From positions 23,294 to 87,293 of IMG/VR virus record IMGVR_UViG_3300028392_000050: a stretch of 64,000 nucleotides of DNA, one strand, 5' to 3'. Source of the stretch: a virus. Under the pieces are notes generated by a model. It worked only from the letters and a program-made list of their open reading frames with translations, did no database searches and was not told where the DNA came from. This document shows, in pieces, positions 1 to 9,322 of this stretch (its first letter is position 1; each line of letters begins with the position of its first letter). Position numbers and translations under genes: made by a program.

Positions 1-7
1 AGATAAA

Positions 8-364
8 TTGCCTAATACCCCAAATGGTAAATATGGATTTAGGGCGTGGGATAAGCCAGTAGGCGTACCTCCACAGGCCGCCATGCCTCCGCAGGAATAT
101 ATTGGCCCATTTGCTAGCAATAACGAACGTATGCTTAGCCAGGCCCTAAAAGTAGGTAACTTGACATCTGCTGAAATCCAAGAGTATGTTCGTCCGCCAA
201 TGCCTCAAATCCAGTTATTCCCTAATAAATTTGGTTACGAAACCTCAGAATATGGCATTAAAGATATAGTAGAACTATCTGGTCGCGTTCAACAGCGCAC
301 CGATTACTCACAGCAGCCTACTACAACAGAATCAACTAGCAGAAATGCGTTAGGAAATACCTAA
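8..364 (+). CDS. hypothetical phage protein (start uncertain, window edge)
   Basis: ORF track; tightly packed with downstream genes. Confidence 0.6.
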   Translation: MPNTPNGKYGFRAWDKPVGVPPQAAMPPQEYIGPFASNNERMLSQALKVGNLTSAEIQEYVRPPMPQIQLFPNKFGYETSEYGIKDIVELSGRVQQRTDYSQQPTTTESTSRNALGNT

Positions 365-365
365 T

Positions 366-575
366 ATGGATTTAAGAATGATTGACCCAAATGGTGAGGG
401 TACAGCATTTCCTGCACCATACCCAGCAGACATGGGTCGTACACAGTATAATGGGGATAAAGGTTGTACAAGCTGCGGCCTGATTTTAAACCCAGTTCAA
501 GCCCTTAATTCGGATATCTGCCCGTCCTGTTCAAGACGTGAAGCAGTAAAACGTTTTAAAAATAAGATGGTCTAA
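366..575 (+). CDS. small Zn-ribbon protein
   Basis: CTSC...CPSC motif. Confidence 0.7.
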   Translation: MDLRMIDPNGEGTAFPAPYPADMGRTQYNGDKGCTSCGLILNPVQALNSDICPSCSRREAVKRFKNKMV

Positions 576-586
576 GGAGACACATT

Positions 587-853
587 ATGGCAAACACGCC
601 AAAACCTACTCGTAAAGTAATAAAGTCGGTTGTAGCTAGAAACGCTGATAAGCCGCGTAGTAGCAAAGGTAAGCCGTTGTTGAACCCATCTGATAACATG
701 AAGACGCCTAAAGCAACATCAGAGTATGGTAAAGTTTGGGCCGATGATAAGGCCTGGAAAAAGACCTTTTCTGCTTTAGACAAAAAACAACCGGGAAACC
801 CTAAAAGAACCGGCCCAGTTTCTTCAAAAGTACGCTCAAATAAAGGTAAATAA
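587..853 (+). CDS. Lys-rich small hypothetical protein
   Basis: AAGGAG RBS; basic composition. Confidence 0.75.
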   Translation: MANTPKPTRKVIKSVVARNADKPRSSKGKPLLNPSDNMKTPKATSEYGKVWADDKAWKKTFSALDKKQPGNPKRTGPVSSKVRSNKGK

Positions 854-855
854 TC

Positions 856-1191
856 ATGGCAGTAAAGAAAAACTTAAATAATCCGATGGGTAAAAAATCT
901 AATGCAGATGGTATTAAAAAAACAACTTCTACTAAAGAACCCGCTAAACTTGGTGGTCGTTCCTATAGAGTGGACCAACATGATGAATCATTGCGCAATA
1001 AGACTACTGTTGGCCCTAACACAAAGCGTTTTGAAGTAGGTACCGTAGCGCCTGCAAATAAGTCCGTCCGTTCCGTAAAAACAGACATTAGAAAAAATGG
1101 TGCACCTAGCTCGCCAACTAGTATAGGAAATAAAAAAGGTACAAAATTAGCACAAAATAAATTTAAAAGAAATCTTAAGAAAGGCAAATAA
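856..1191 (+). CDS. Lys-rich small hypothetical protein
   Basis: operon packing; basic composition. Confidence 0.75.
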   Translation: MAVKKNLNNPMGKKSNADGIKKTTSTKEPAKLGGRSYRVDQHDESLRNKTTVGPNTKRFEVGTVAPANKSVRSVKTDIRKNGAPSSPTSIGNKKGTKLAQNKFKRNLKKGK

Positions 1192-1193
1192 CC

Positions 1194-1400
1194 ATGGCAG
1201 TTAACGAATCACGTTCATTGAACCAGAGCCTAGAGAACGGCGCAACTGACGGTAAATACCGTAAGCGTCGCCCAAACACCGAAGTTATCCCTGGCCAAGG
1301 TGACCAGACTGTAGTAAAGAACCGTGCGGGTTTACACCCATACATGAACTACGGTTTCATTAACAGCGAAGACCCAAACAAAGTAAATCCAGGAAAGTAA
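1194..1400 (+). CDS. hypothetical protein
   Basis: operon packing. Confidence 0.75.
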   Translation: MAVNESRSLNQSLENGATDGKYRKRRPNTEVIPGQGDQTVVKNRAGLHPYMNYGFINSEDPNKVNPGK

Positions 1401-1405
1401 GTAAA

Positions 1406-1702
1406 ATGGCATTATTTAAAAATAGAAAAACAAATAAGCTAGAAGACCTAAACGGTTCATACGGAGCATACAAGGCCGCAGACGCTAGCCCTGGTCATCG
1501 CTTAAACCCAAACCTATCAGGCAAAGAGCAGATGAACAATGGTACTCGTGTTCCTGGCCGCCCAAACACTGCGGCTGACAATGGTACTCTTGTTCCTGGA
1601 GTAAACCGCCCAAACACTTCGGCTGATTATAAAGCTAAGCAAGGCACCCTTGCTAGAGTGCAAAGCGCTAAAGTCCCGGGAGTAAAGAAGCCAGGAATGT
1701 AA
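1406..1702 (+). CDS. hypothetical protein with internal tandem duplication
   Basis: NGT(R/L)VPG..RPNT(A/S)AD occurs twice. Confidence 0.75.
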   Translation: MALFKNRKTNKLEDLNGSYGAYKAADASPGHRLNPNLSGKEQMNNGTRVPGRPNTAADNGTLVPGVNRPNTSADYKAKQGTLARVQSAKVPGVKKPGM

Positions 1703-1704
1703 TC

Positions 1705-1893
1705 ATGGGTCTATTTAGAGACCGCAGGAGTAAAGGTAAAGTAGTAGAAATAGCCGATACACAAAAACCAGCTTCGAGTGATACGCCTGCGCCTCCGTAC
1801 AGTTCAAAGCATCCAGTACGTTCTCACAAACAAAATTTAGAAGTATCAAGAAGACCTAGAGAATTAAGAACATCTAACATAAATAAAGAATAA
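1705..1893 (+). CDS. hypothetical protein
   Basis: operon packing. Confidence 0.65.
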   Translation: MGLFRDRRSKGKVVEIADTQKPASSDTPAPPYSSKHPVRSHKQNLEVSRRPRELRTSNINKE

Positions 1894-1930
1894 TATGATA
1901 GGCTAATCACCTATCTACTAGGAGCACTAC

Positions 1931-2419
1931 ATGGCTAAAGAAGAACAAGAACCGTATTTCCGTTTACTTGTATGTAAGACCTGTCGTACCATTGACGAGC
2001 TTCCTCCTGCCGAGGAAGACCCAGGCGATACCCTTTTAACTATCACAGCAGAACGCCACGGCGAACTGCACTATGGCCGTTTGTGGAACGTTCCAAAGGC
2101 TATTTGGATGACCCCAGCCCTTAAAGAAGATGTTGTAAAGCAACTATCTGGTGGCGAGGGCGAAGGACTAGGTCTGCCTTTCTACAATACCCGTATGCAG
2201 TTTGCGGAAGACGCTATGTCGTGTTATAGTTTACACCTACGCCCAAAGGGTCAATGCGCTGATTACAAGTCAGACAAAAAGAAACTTTCGGCGGGTACCG
2301 AGCAAATGCGTAGAGCCGAAAAACTAGACGCATACTCAGGTCCAACTATTTACCTGTGCGATTTCTGCCCAGTTAAATCGTTTAATATGGTTAAACATCA
2401 CGACAAGACTATTAAGTAA
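1931..2419 (+). CDS. Cys-rich (Zn-binding) phage protein
   Basis: CKTC, H, C, C and CDFC motifs; AGGAG RBS. Confidence 0.8.
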   Translation: MAKEEQEPYFRLLVCKTCRTIDELPPAEEDPGDTLLTITAERHGELHYGRLWNVPKAIWMTPALKEDVVKQLSGGEGEGLGLPFYNTRMQFAEDAMSCYSLHLRPKGQCADYKSDKKKLSAGTEQMRRAEKLDAYSGPTIYLCDFCPVKSFNMVKHHDKTIK

Positions 2420-2430
2420 AGGAATAACAG

Positions 2431-2727
2431 ATGGCACTCGGAGAACAAAACGAAACCACTACACCAGAGGACGAGAAGACCCCTAGATTTGAGACTGGGT
2501 TTATTGTCTTAAAAGGCGAAAGCGGAGCTTGGCACGTACTGACAGACCTATCAGCCAAGATTGACATTGACCGTGAAGTCAGCGTTAATGAGGTAAGAGC
2601 CGCTACTACCGAAATTACCTATTCAATTGGTCAGCAGCAGCTAGCCGCCTTGGTAATTTCAGCCCTTTCACCACAACCTTCGGATATCAACCTAGAAGGC
2701 CAAACTGAGGGTACAATAAAAGAGTAA
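2431..2727 (+). CDS. hypothetical protein
   Basis: AAGGA RBS; packing. Confidence 0.75.
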   Translation: MALGEQNETTTPEDEKTPRFETGFIVLKGESGAWHVLTDLSAKIDIDREVSVNEVRAATTEITYSIGQQQLAALVISALSPQPSDINLEGQTEGTIKE

Positions 2728-2749
2728 ACCCCTTGGTTAGGAGCCCATC

Positions 2750-2959
2750 ATGTTCGCAGAAATGTCCTGTAAGTGCGGTTCAACCCTGCAACTTGATGGG
2801 CTCAATGACACCTTCACTGAGTTTACAACTATTAGATTTCTAGAGGCCCATGTTGGCTGTGGATTTGTAACCCCAGTTAAAAAAGATGAGCCAGATAAGA
2901 CCACTAAACGAGATGTTGATTTTAAGCGCATCGTGTTTAAGGATGACGACGAGGATTAA
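2750..2959 (+). CDS. small Cys/His protein
   Basis: CKC...HxxC; AGGAG RBS. Confidence 0.7.
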   Translation: MFAEMSCKCGSTLQLDGLNDTFTEFTTIRFLEAHVGCGFVTPVKKDEPDKTTKRDVDFKRIVFKDDDED

Positions 2960-3853
2960 ATGTTAGAACCAGCAGAGACATCATACTTTAGTAAGCCTTC
3001 TGTTGGACTAGACCCACGGTTATTCAGAGATGGAAACCTACAAGGTTCGGTTCGTTCAGCTATTCTGCAATTACTATTTAATCATTTAAACGGCCTTTAC
3101 ACAGGAGCAGAGTCCTGGTCCCACGTTTGGCTAGCCGGATCGGGTGTTTCGTATCAGTGGGCCGCACACCGCGACCCAGGCGATTTAGATTGCTTAATCG
3201 GAATTGATTACCCTAAATTTAGGCAATCAAATCTTAGATTTATGGGGTTAAGCGACCAAGAAATAGCCTCAATGCTTAACGAAGAGTTCCGCGAGAAGCT
3301 GCACCCTATTACTGATAGGTTCCTCGGCTCGTTTGAACTAACCTTTTATGTAAATGTTCGTAGCAACATTGTAGATATTAAACCTTACGCCGCCTATTCA
3401 GTTACCGATGATAACTGGACTGTTACCCCAAGTATGGAAACCGTTGAGGCTAACCCAGCTTGGCTAAATGCTATTGAGAACGACAGACTAATGGCAATTG
3501 ATATATTGTCAAAATACGTATCCGCTAAGAACAAGTACGAGCAGGCTAGCAACGAAGCAGTTAAAGCAAACGCCCGTTCAGAAATGCGTATGGCTATGTC
3601 ACAGGGTATAGCATTATATGAGAGCGTACATTCAGAGCGCTCAAACGCCTTTAGCCCATCAGGTGAAGGTTATTCAGATTTTGCTAACTACCGTTGGCAA
3701 GCAGGTAAGCAATCAGGAGTTATCCAGTCCCTTCGTAGTCTAAAAGAAGAGATGGACGCCGAAGACGAAGCACTAAATAAATCAAAATACGGAGTAGATT
3801 TGCCAGACGCGAATACCCTAATTCGCCGCGCTGCAACTCGTCACCAATACTAG
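2960..3853 (+). CDS. Pol-beta superfamily nucleotidyltransferase
   Basis: hLAGS-x13-DLD signature. Confidence 0.75.
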   Translation: MLEPAETSYFSKPSVGLDPRLFRDGNLQGSVRSAILQLLFNHLNGLYTGAESWSHVWLAGSGVSYQWAAHRDPGDLDCLIGIDYPKFRQSNLRFMGLSDQEIASMLNEEFREKLHPITDRFLGSFELTFYVNVRSNIVDIKPYAAYSVTDDNWTVTPSMETVEANPAWLNAIENDRLMAIDILSKYVSAKNKYEQASNEAVKANARSEMRMAMSQGIALYESVHSERSNAFSPSGEGYSDFANYRWQAGKQSGVIQSLRSLKEEMDAEDEALNKSKYGVDLPDANTLIRRAATRHQY

Positions 3854-3865
3854 AAAGACTTAATC

Positions 3866-4321
3866 GTGGCAATTGTAATGTTCCTTGACGGAGTATTGCG
3901 TTCTGATACTAAGACGCCAATATATGAGGGTGTTTCCCTATATAAAGCCCTAAATGTTAATGGGCTAGTTACCCTTGCCTGCGAAGACCAGGAAGAAGCC
4001 CAGCGTTGGTGCAAAGAGCACAAACTAAATGACGTTGATGGGTTTATTTCTAATAAAAGCGTTGGCGAATACCCAGATAAAGACTTCCTCAAAATACAGC
4101 ACCAGCAGGCTTCAGGGCCCTTGCACATGGTTGTCACAGCAGATATGGATTTGGCTGTTAAATGCCTTGAGCACGGCATTAAAACCCTTTTATGGCTACA
4201 TCCTGTCTATTTAAATGCTAAATTCAGACCAGACGGCAGAGATGGGCGCAAGAGTTGGGATGCTGTAGTTAGTGAACTAGACAGACAAGTACAACTTAAG
4301 TTAGAGGATGACCGTCTATGA
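3866..4321 (+). CDS. HAD-fold protein (first catalytic Asp apparently absent)
   Basis: N-terminal hhhFLDGVL motif I variant. Confidence 0.6.
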   Translation: MAIVMFLDGVLRSDTKTPIYEGVSLYKALNVNGLVTLACEDQEEAQRWCKEHKLNDVDGFISNKSVGEYPDKDFLKIQHQQASGPLHMVVTADMDLAVKCLEHGIKTLLWLHPVYLNAKFRPDGRDGRKSWDAVVSELDRQVQLKLEDDRL

Positions 4322-5760
4322 GAATAGTATATTTGGGTGGCGAAGTACCTAGTAATAGGACTATCCTAGACCACGGCGGAGCTAAGCGAGTTGGCGTTAG
4401 TTACTGGGGCATTGTAAAGCGTGGATTGCCAAAGACTAAAGAGTATTTGCTAGAAAACTACTTTAAAGATGATGTTGAGATATATGTACATCCAGGCATC
4501 CCAGCTGTAGCAGAGCTAACTGAGCAGGAGTTATTTGATTTTTGCGCCGATTATGAAGAGTTTATTCATAATAACCTAAAAAGAATTACCCTTTTTACAG
4601 AGGTAGTCCATCCATCGCTTCCAGATGACTTTATAGCCCAGCAGAGGGCCTCTGCGTGGCACGAAATAGATGAGGCCAAGTTTGGTGTCATCTACCGGTC
4701 AGGGAACCTTGAGAGCCTTGCTACAAGGTATTTAAATATATTTATACACGGAGATATTGCCGAACCACTATTACCTATGCTTCGTAAGTTTACCTCGCAG
4801 CACGGGACCAGCTTCCACTTGCTTAACTCTATCAAGCCTGATATGTTCCGTAATTCACCGTTTGAGACAACCAGCACTTTGGCGTGGCTATCTCCTATGA
4901 TGAGGGGCGAAACTATTGTCTGGTATGGTAACCAACTACACCGTTACCCAAAGCGTATGAAAGAGCAGGCTAGGTCTAGATACAAGGCTGCCTACGAAGC
5001 CGCTAACCTAAACTTTGATAAGATACTGGCAGATGACGCTGTGGAAATATCTAAATTAGCAATTTGGTCATACAATCAATTAGAAGAATGGGCACTAAAA
5101 ACAGGTGCAGGGCTAGTAACTAGCGCCAGTGCTTCGTCACCCGGTGATTTATCGGAAACACCCTCCTCTGATGTTACTGGTGGGGGGTCTGAACAAGGGA
5201 AACTTGTGACAAGAAATCCCGCTGAAATTCGTACTTTACCTGTGCTTGGTGTTGAAGTTTCACGAGTAATTGAGCAAGACGAAACTGGGCGCGATATCAT
5301 TAAAGAAGTGCCTGTGCTTCGCTCTAACAGCACTAGCCTACGTCAGTGTAATACCTGTTTCGTTAAAGACAATTGCCCAGCGTTTAAGGTTGATAACCCT
5401 TGTGCGTTTAACCTACCAGTTGAGGTAAAGACCAAGGAACAACTTAAGGGCTTAATTAACTCACTCCTGGAAATACAAGGGCAACGAGTGGCATTTGCTA
5501 AATTTGCCGAGGATTTAAATGGCGGATATCCTGACCCAAACACAGGTTTAGAGATGGATAGGTTCTTTAAAATGCTTAAAACAATTAAAGAATTAGACGA
5601 GTCAAAAGAGGTTATGCGGGTCACGATGGAACGCGGAAGCTCGGCTGGAGTGCTGTCTAGTTTATTCGGTGAGAGGGCTCAAAAACTAACCGAATTACCT
5701 AATAATGGGCTTAATGAAGAACAGACAAACGAAGTAATTAAGAAAATTACAGACGTTTAG
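4318..5760 (+). CDS. protein with degenerate TGT/DpdA-like N-terminal barrel and C-terminal Cys4 domain
   Basis: FHLL...PFETTSTLAWLSPMMRG resembles the TGT-family xHxLG...pFxSxDSxSW region; CNTC-x5-C-x8-C. Confidence 0.45.
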   Translation: MRIVYLGGEVPSNRTILDHGGAKRVGVSYWGIVKRGLPKTKEYLLENYFKDDVEIYVHPGIPAVAELTEQELFDFCADYEEFIHNNLKRITLFTEVVHPSLPDDFIAQQRASAWHEIDEAKFGVIYRSGNLESLATRYLNIFIHGDIAEPLLPMLRKFTSQHGTSFHLLNSIKPDMFRNSPFETTSTLAWLSPMMRGETIVWYGNQLHRYPKRMKEQARSRYKAAYEAANLNFDKILADDAVEISKLAIWSYNQLEEWALKTGAGLVTSASASSPGDLSETPSSDVTGGGSEQGKLVTRNPAEIRTLPVLGVEVSRVIEQDETGRDIIKEVPVLRSNSTSLRQCNTCFVKDNCPAFKVDNPCAFNLPVEVKTKEQLKGLINSLLEIQGQRVAFAKFAEDLNGGYPDPNTGLEMDRFFKMLKTIKELDESKEVMRVTMERGSSAGVLSSLFGERAQKLTELPNNGLNEEQTNEVIKKITDV

Positions 5761-5911
5761 GCTAGTTACTAGCCCACCCTATTTTGGCTGATTTAGGCAT
5801 AGTCTGAAATCTGCTCAAAATAACACACCCAATCTCAAATTTCTACTCAATCCCGATGAGAGATAATCTATACTAGAACATCTAACCCCCCATAAAAGAA
5901 TAGGAAATGCT

Positions 5912-7945
5912 ATGCCATTATCATTTAAATTAACATCCGACTTTGTAGAAAGTTACAAGACCAAACCAGTTCCTTGGGGGTTTAAAGATGTCGCTGGTAA
6001 CTCTGTCGGAGAGATTACCTTTCTAAGAACTTACTCCCGCCTAAAGGCTGACGGAACTAAGGAAACTTGGCTAGATGTATGTGAGCGTGTTATTAACGGT
6101 ATGTACTCACTACAGAAAGACCACTGTAAGACTAACCGACTACCTTGGAACGACGCTAAGGCACAGGCTTCTGCTAAGGAAGCATTTGACCGCTTGTTTA
6201 ACCTGAAGTGGACTCCGCCTGGCCGAGGCCTGTGGGTAATGGGTACCCCGTTGGTAAATGAGCAAAAGAATAGCGCGGCTTTACAGAATTGCGCATTTGT
6301 TTCTACTAATGAAATGTCTAAAAACAATCCTGCTAAGCCATTTGCGTTCCTTATGGAAGCCTCGATGCTGGGTGTAGGTGTAGGTTTTGACGACAAGGGC
6401 GCTGATAAAGGTTTTGATATTTATGAGCCAAAAGGCGAACAAGTGTACGAAATCCCTGACACACGCGAAGGATGGATGGAAAGTACATCTATGCTAATAA
6501 ATGCTTATTTAAAGCCAGACCAGACAAACTGGGTATTTAATTACGATAATATCCGTCCATATGGCGCACCTATCTCTACCTTCGGAGGAACTGCGGCGGG
6601 CCCTGCGCCACTTGTGAAGCTCCACGAACAAATTAAAAAACTCTTTAATGGCAGGGCTGGAAATAAGGTAACCCGAATTGATATTGCCGATATAGGAAAT
6701 ATGATTGGTGTCTGCGTCGTTTCCGGAAACGTACGCCGTTCTGCTGAGCTGTTGCTTGGGCGTATTGATGACGATAACTTCTTAAATCTCAAGAACGCTG
6801 AGCGTTTCCCTGAGCGTAACTCTTACGACCCAGAAAATCCAGGTTGGGCTTGGATGTCTAATAACTCTGTAGAAACCTCTGTGGGTACTGACCTCTCACC
6901 TATCGTGGATGGTATTGCTCTCAACGGTGAGCCTGGAGTTATCTGGATGGACGTAACTCGTAAGTATGGACGTTTGGCTGACCAACCTAACAATAAAGAC
7001 TGGCGTGCTGCGGGATATAACCCTTGTGCTGAACAATCTCTAGAAAGTTTTGAGTGCTGTACTCTTGTAGAAACCTACCTGAACAGACACGATAGCCTAG
7101 AGGACTACAAGCGTACTCTTAAGTTTGCTTATCTCTACGCCAAAACCGTTACTCTACTTCCTACTCACTGGGAAGAAACAAATGCCATAATGCAAAGAAA
7201 CAGACGCATTGGTACTTCTATGTCTGGTGTTGCTAATTTTGCGGATCTAAATGGGCTTCCAGAGCTACGTGAGTGGATGGACAAGGGCTACAACACTATC
7301 GTTAATTACGATAAAGCATATTCCGAGTGGCTTGGAATACGAGAAAGTATTAAAACCACTACTGTAAAGCCTTCTGGTACTGTATCTATTCTCTCTGGCG
7401 AAAGCCCTGGCGTTCACTGGACACCAGGTGGAGAGTACTTCTTGCGTGCCATCCGCTTTGGTAATGATGACCCTATGCTCTCTCTCTTTAAAATGGCTAA
7501 TTACCGAGTAGAACCTGCTAGCGAAAACCCTACCAAAACCTCTGTGGTGTTCTTCCCTATCAAATCTCTCGCCAAGCGCTCCGAGAAAGATGTTTCTATC
7601 TTTGAGAAAGTATCTCTCGCTGCGACTGCTCAACGCTACTGGTCAGACAACTCTGTATCTGTAACTATCTCTTTTGATGTTGAGAAAGAAATTAAAGATG
7701 TAGGTACTGTACTACATATGTACGACGGCCAACTCAAGACAATCTCTTTCTTGCCTATGGGTAACCACGTCTATCCACAAATGCCTTACTCTCAAATCTC
7801 TCAAGAAGAATACGAACAGTACGCTATGGAACTCTTCCCTATTGACTTTAAGGGTATCTATGAGGGTCTGGCTATTGACGCTATCGGTGAGGCTTACTGT
7901 ACTACTGACGCTTGTGAAATCAAACTCATCAAGGACAACCAGTAA
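5912..7945 (+). CDS. nrdJ: class II (B12-dependent) ribonucleotide reductase
   Basis: RTYSR, PPGRGLW, NCAF, GNVRRSA, NPCAEQ, TVKPSGT and C-terminal CxxxxC. Confidence 0.95.
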   Translation: MPLSFKLTSDFVESYKTKPVPWGFKDVAGNSVGEITFLRTYSRLKADGTKETWLDVCERVINGMYSLQKDHCKTNRLPWNDAKAQASAKEAFDRLFNLKWTPPGRGLWVMGTPLVNEQKNSAALQNCAFVSTNEMSKNNPAKPFAFLMEASMLGVGVGFDDKGADKGFDIYEPKGEQVYEIPDTREGWMESTSMLINAYLKPDQTNWVFNYDNIRPYGAPISTFGGTAAGPAPLVKLHEQIKKLFNGRAGNKVTRIDIADIGNMIGVCVVSGNVRRSAELLLGRIDDDNFLNLKNAERFPERNSYDPENPGWAWMSNNSVETSVGTDLSPIVDGIALNGEPGVIWMDVTRKYGRLADQPNNKDWRAAGYNPCAEQSLESFECCTLVETYLNRHDSLEDYKRTLKFAYLYAKTVTLLPTHWEETNAIMQRNRRIGTSMSGVANFADLNGLPELREWMDKGYNTIVNYDKAYSEWLGIRESIKTTTVKPSGTVSILSGESPGVHWTPGGEYFLRAIRFGNDDPMLSLFKMANYRVEPASENPTKTSVVFFPIKSLAKRSEKDVSIFEKVSLAATAQRYWSDNSVSVTISFDVEKEIKDVGTVLHMYDGQLKTISFLPMGNHVYPQMPYSQISQEEYEQYAMELFPIDFKGIYEGLAIDAIGEAYCTTDACEIKLIKDNQ

Positions 7946-7946
7946 A

Positions 7947-7967
7947 TCTCTCTCTCTCTCTCTCTCT
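7947..7967. repeat. (TC)10 microsatellite
   Basis: pure TC run directly after the nrdJ stop codon. Confidence 0.9.
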
Positions 7968-7977
7968 AAATAGCATT

Positions 7978-8011
7978 AAAGCCAATAGTTAAATACGACT
8001 ATGGGCTTTTT
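7978..8011 (+). terminator. probable intrinsic terminator of nrdJ
   Basis: AAAGCCAATAGT/ACTATGGGCTTT imperfect stem plus T run. Confidence 0.55.
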
Positions 8012-8083
8012 GCTATTTTATCTCTCTCACAATTTATCTCTCCCGCAGCGTACCTGAGCTAAGGTCCAGGGGCTTTGGGAAAT

Positions 8084-8110
8084 AAAAAAGCCCCTATTGC
8101 TAGGGGCTTT
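8084..8110. terminator. bidirectional intrinsic terminator at the convergence point
   Basis: AAAAAAGCCCCTA-TTGC-TAGGGGCTTT. Confidence 0.8.
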
Positions 8111-8127
8111 AATATTTAAATCGCTGT

Positions 8128-8604
8128 TTAATAGTGAAACGCTATTGCCAATGCGAAACCGAAGGTTAATAGCGTCAATGGAGAAAGCCTTATCACTGTC
8201 GCACGAGAGAACTTTATAGTAAAAATTGCTACAAAGACAGACAGCACTGCCAGAATTGGCAAGAACGATAGGGCTACTCCCCAAGAGAACCAGCCGAGTA
8301 TCATCATTAAAGTTGATAGCAATTTAATATCGCCCATACCTAATAGGTCATACTTCACATTTAAGAATAAGCCTAATACAGTAACTCCGATAAAGAATAG
8401 AACAGAGATACCAAACCTAGCCCACTCACCCTGCCATATGGCTAGGGTCAGCCAACTCAATAAAGTCAGAGCCATTAGGGGCAGAACTATTTTATTAGGA
8501 ACTCTGCCGTCTTTCACATCTGATAGCAGGATAGGGATTACAGCACCACCTACATACGCTAGTGGTAATAGGGTTATTAGTAATTGTATTTCGTGTATAG
8601 TCAT
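8128..8604 (-). CDS. A24 family prepilin peptidase (TadV/CpaA-like)
   Basis: multi-TM protein; SDVKDGRVPN and LGMGDIKL catalytic Asp motifs. Confidence 0.85.
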   Translation of the reverse strand: MTIHEIQLLITLLPLAYVGGAVIPILLSDVKDGRVPNKIVLPLMALTLLSWLTLAIWQGEWARFGISVLFFIGVTVLGLFLNVKYDLLGMGDIKLLSTLMMILGWFSWGVALSFLPILAVLSVFVAIFTIKFSRATVIRLSPLTLLTFGFALAIAFHY

Positions 8605-8631
8605 TTGATTTCCTTATTTATCATCTGGGGT

Positions 8632-8838
8632 TTAGTTACCCTCGTAGTAATCTTTGTGTTCATACTTGCTCTGTGGGTCAAAGATACCACCCTCGCCATT
8701 ACACTCTGGGCAGGATACTTCATCAACAGCACCCTCTCCCTCGCAAGCCTCACACTCGTTCCAGCATACAGGGCAACTCTCATCACAGCCACTCTCACTT
8801 GTGTAAGGGCTTTCTAGCCAGCCGTCATAGTCAAACAT
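8632..8838 (-). CDS. DnaJ-type zinc-finger small protein
   Basis: CxxCxGxG occurs twice. Confidence 0.75.
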   Translation of the reverse strand: MFDYDGWLESPYTSESGCDESCPVCWNECEACEGEGAVDEVSCPECNGEGGIFDPQSKYEHKDYYEGN

Positions 8839-8978
8839 TAGTTATCTCCTTTATCAAAGTCTAGTAGCACCTCGTAGCACTCTTGGCACTCAACAGCAAC
8901 ATTAGTATCGGCATAGGATACAACTTCTATATCGTGTCCTATGTGTCGGCTTAGGTCTTTGTAATCGGTAGCACTCAT
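8838..8978 (-). CDS. 46-aa hypothetical protein (not in ORF track)
   Basis: MSATDYKDLSRHIGH...CQEC; stop overlaps next start (TAATG). Confidence 0.7.
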   Translation of the reverse strand: MSATDYKDLSRHIGHDIEVVSYADTNVAVECQECYEVLLDFDKGDN

Positions 8979-9158
8979 TTATTCCTCTCCCTCAATTTCT
9001 ATAACCTCTGTGTTAGCACTTAGTAAAGTAACTGCGTCTATCTCTACTCCGTCTTGCCACCATCTCTTTTGAGAGAGGTCTAGCAGGTTGCCCCAGTCCT
9101 CTCCCTCTTTAGTATCTATCTCCCAGATTTGGCGTACCTCTACTGTGTATTTAGGCAT
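8979..9158 (-). CDS. 59-aa acidic hypothetical protein (not in ORF track)
   Basis: MPKYTVEVRQIWE...; AAGGAG RBS; abuts neighbouring genes. Confidence 0.7.
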   Translation of the reverse strand: MPKYTVEVRQIWEIDTKEGEDWGNLLDLSQKRWWQDGVEIDAVTLLSANTEVIEIEGEE

Positions 9159-9322
9159 TAGTTACTCTCCTTTAATTTCTTTAGCATAACTTCGTAGGCA
9201 TTGTAAGCACCTTCGGCATAAGCATAATCATAATCTAGGTTATGTTTATCGGCTACTTTCATATCCTTTTTAAACTCTCGCATAGCCTTTTTAATAAACT
9301 TGGTTAGTTCTTTAATTTCCAT
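9158..9322 (-). CDS. 54-aa hypothetical protein (not in ORF track)
   Basis: MEIKELTKFIKK...; TAATG overlaps. Confidence 0.65.
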   Translation of the reverse strand: MEIKELTKFIKKAMREFKKDMKVADKHNLDYDYAYAEGAYNAYEVMLKKLKESN

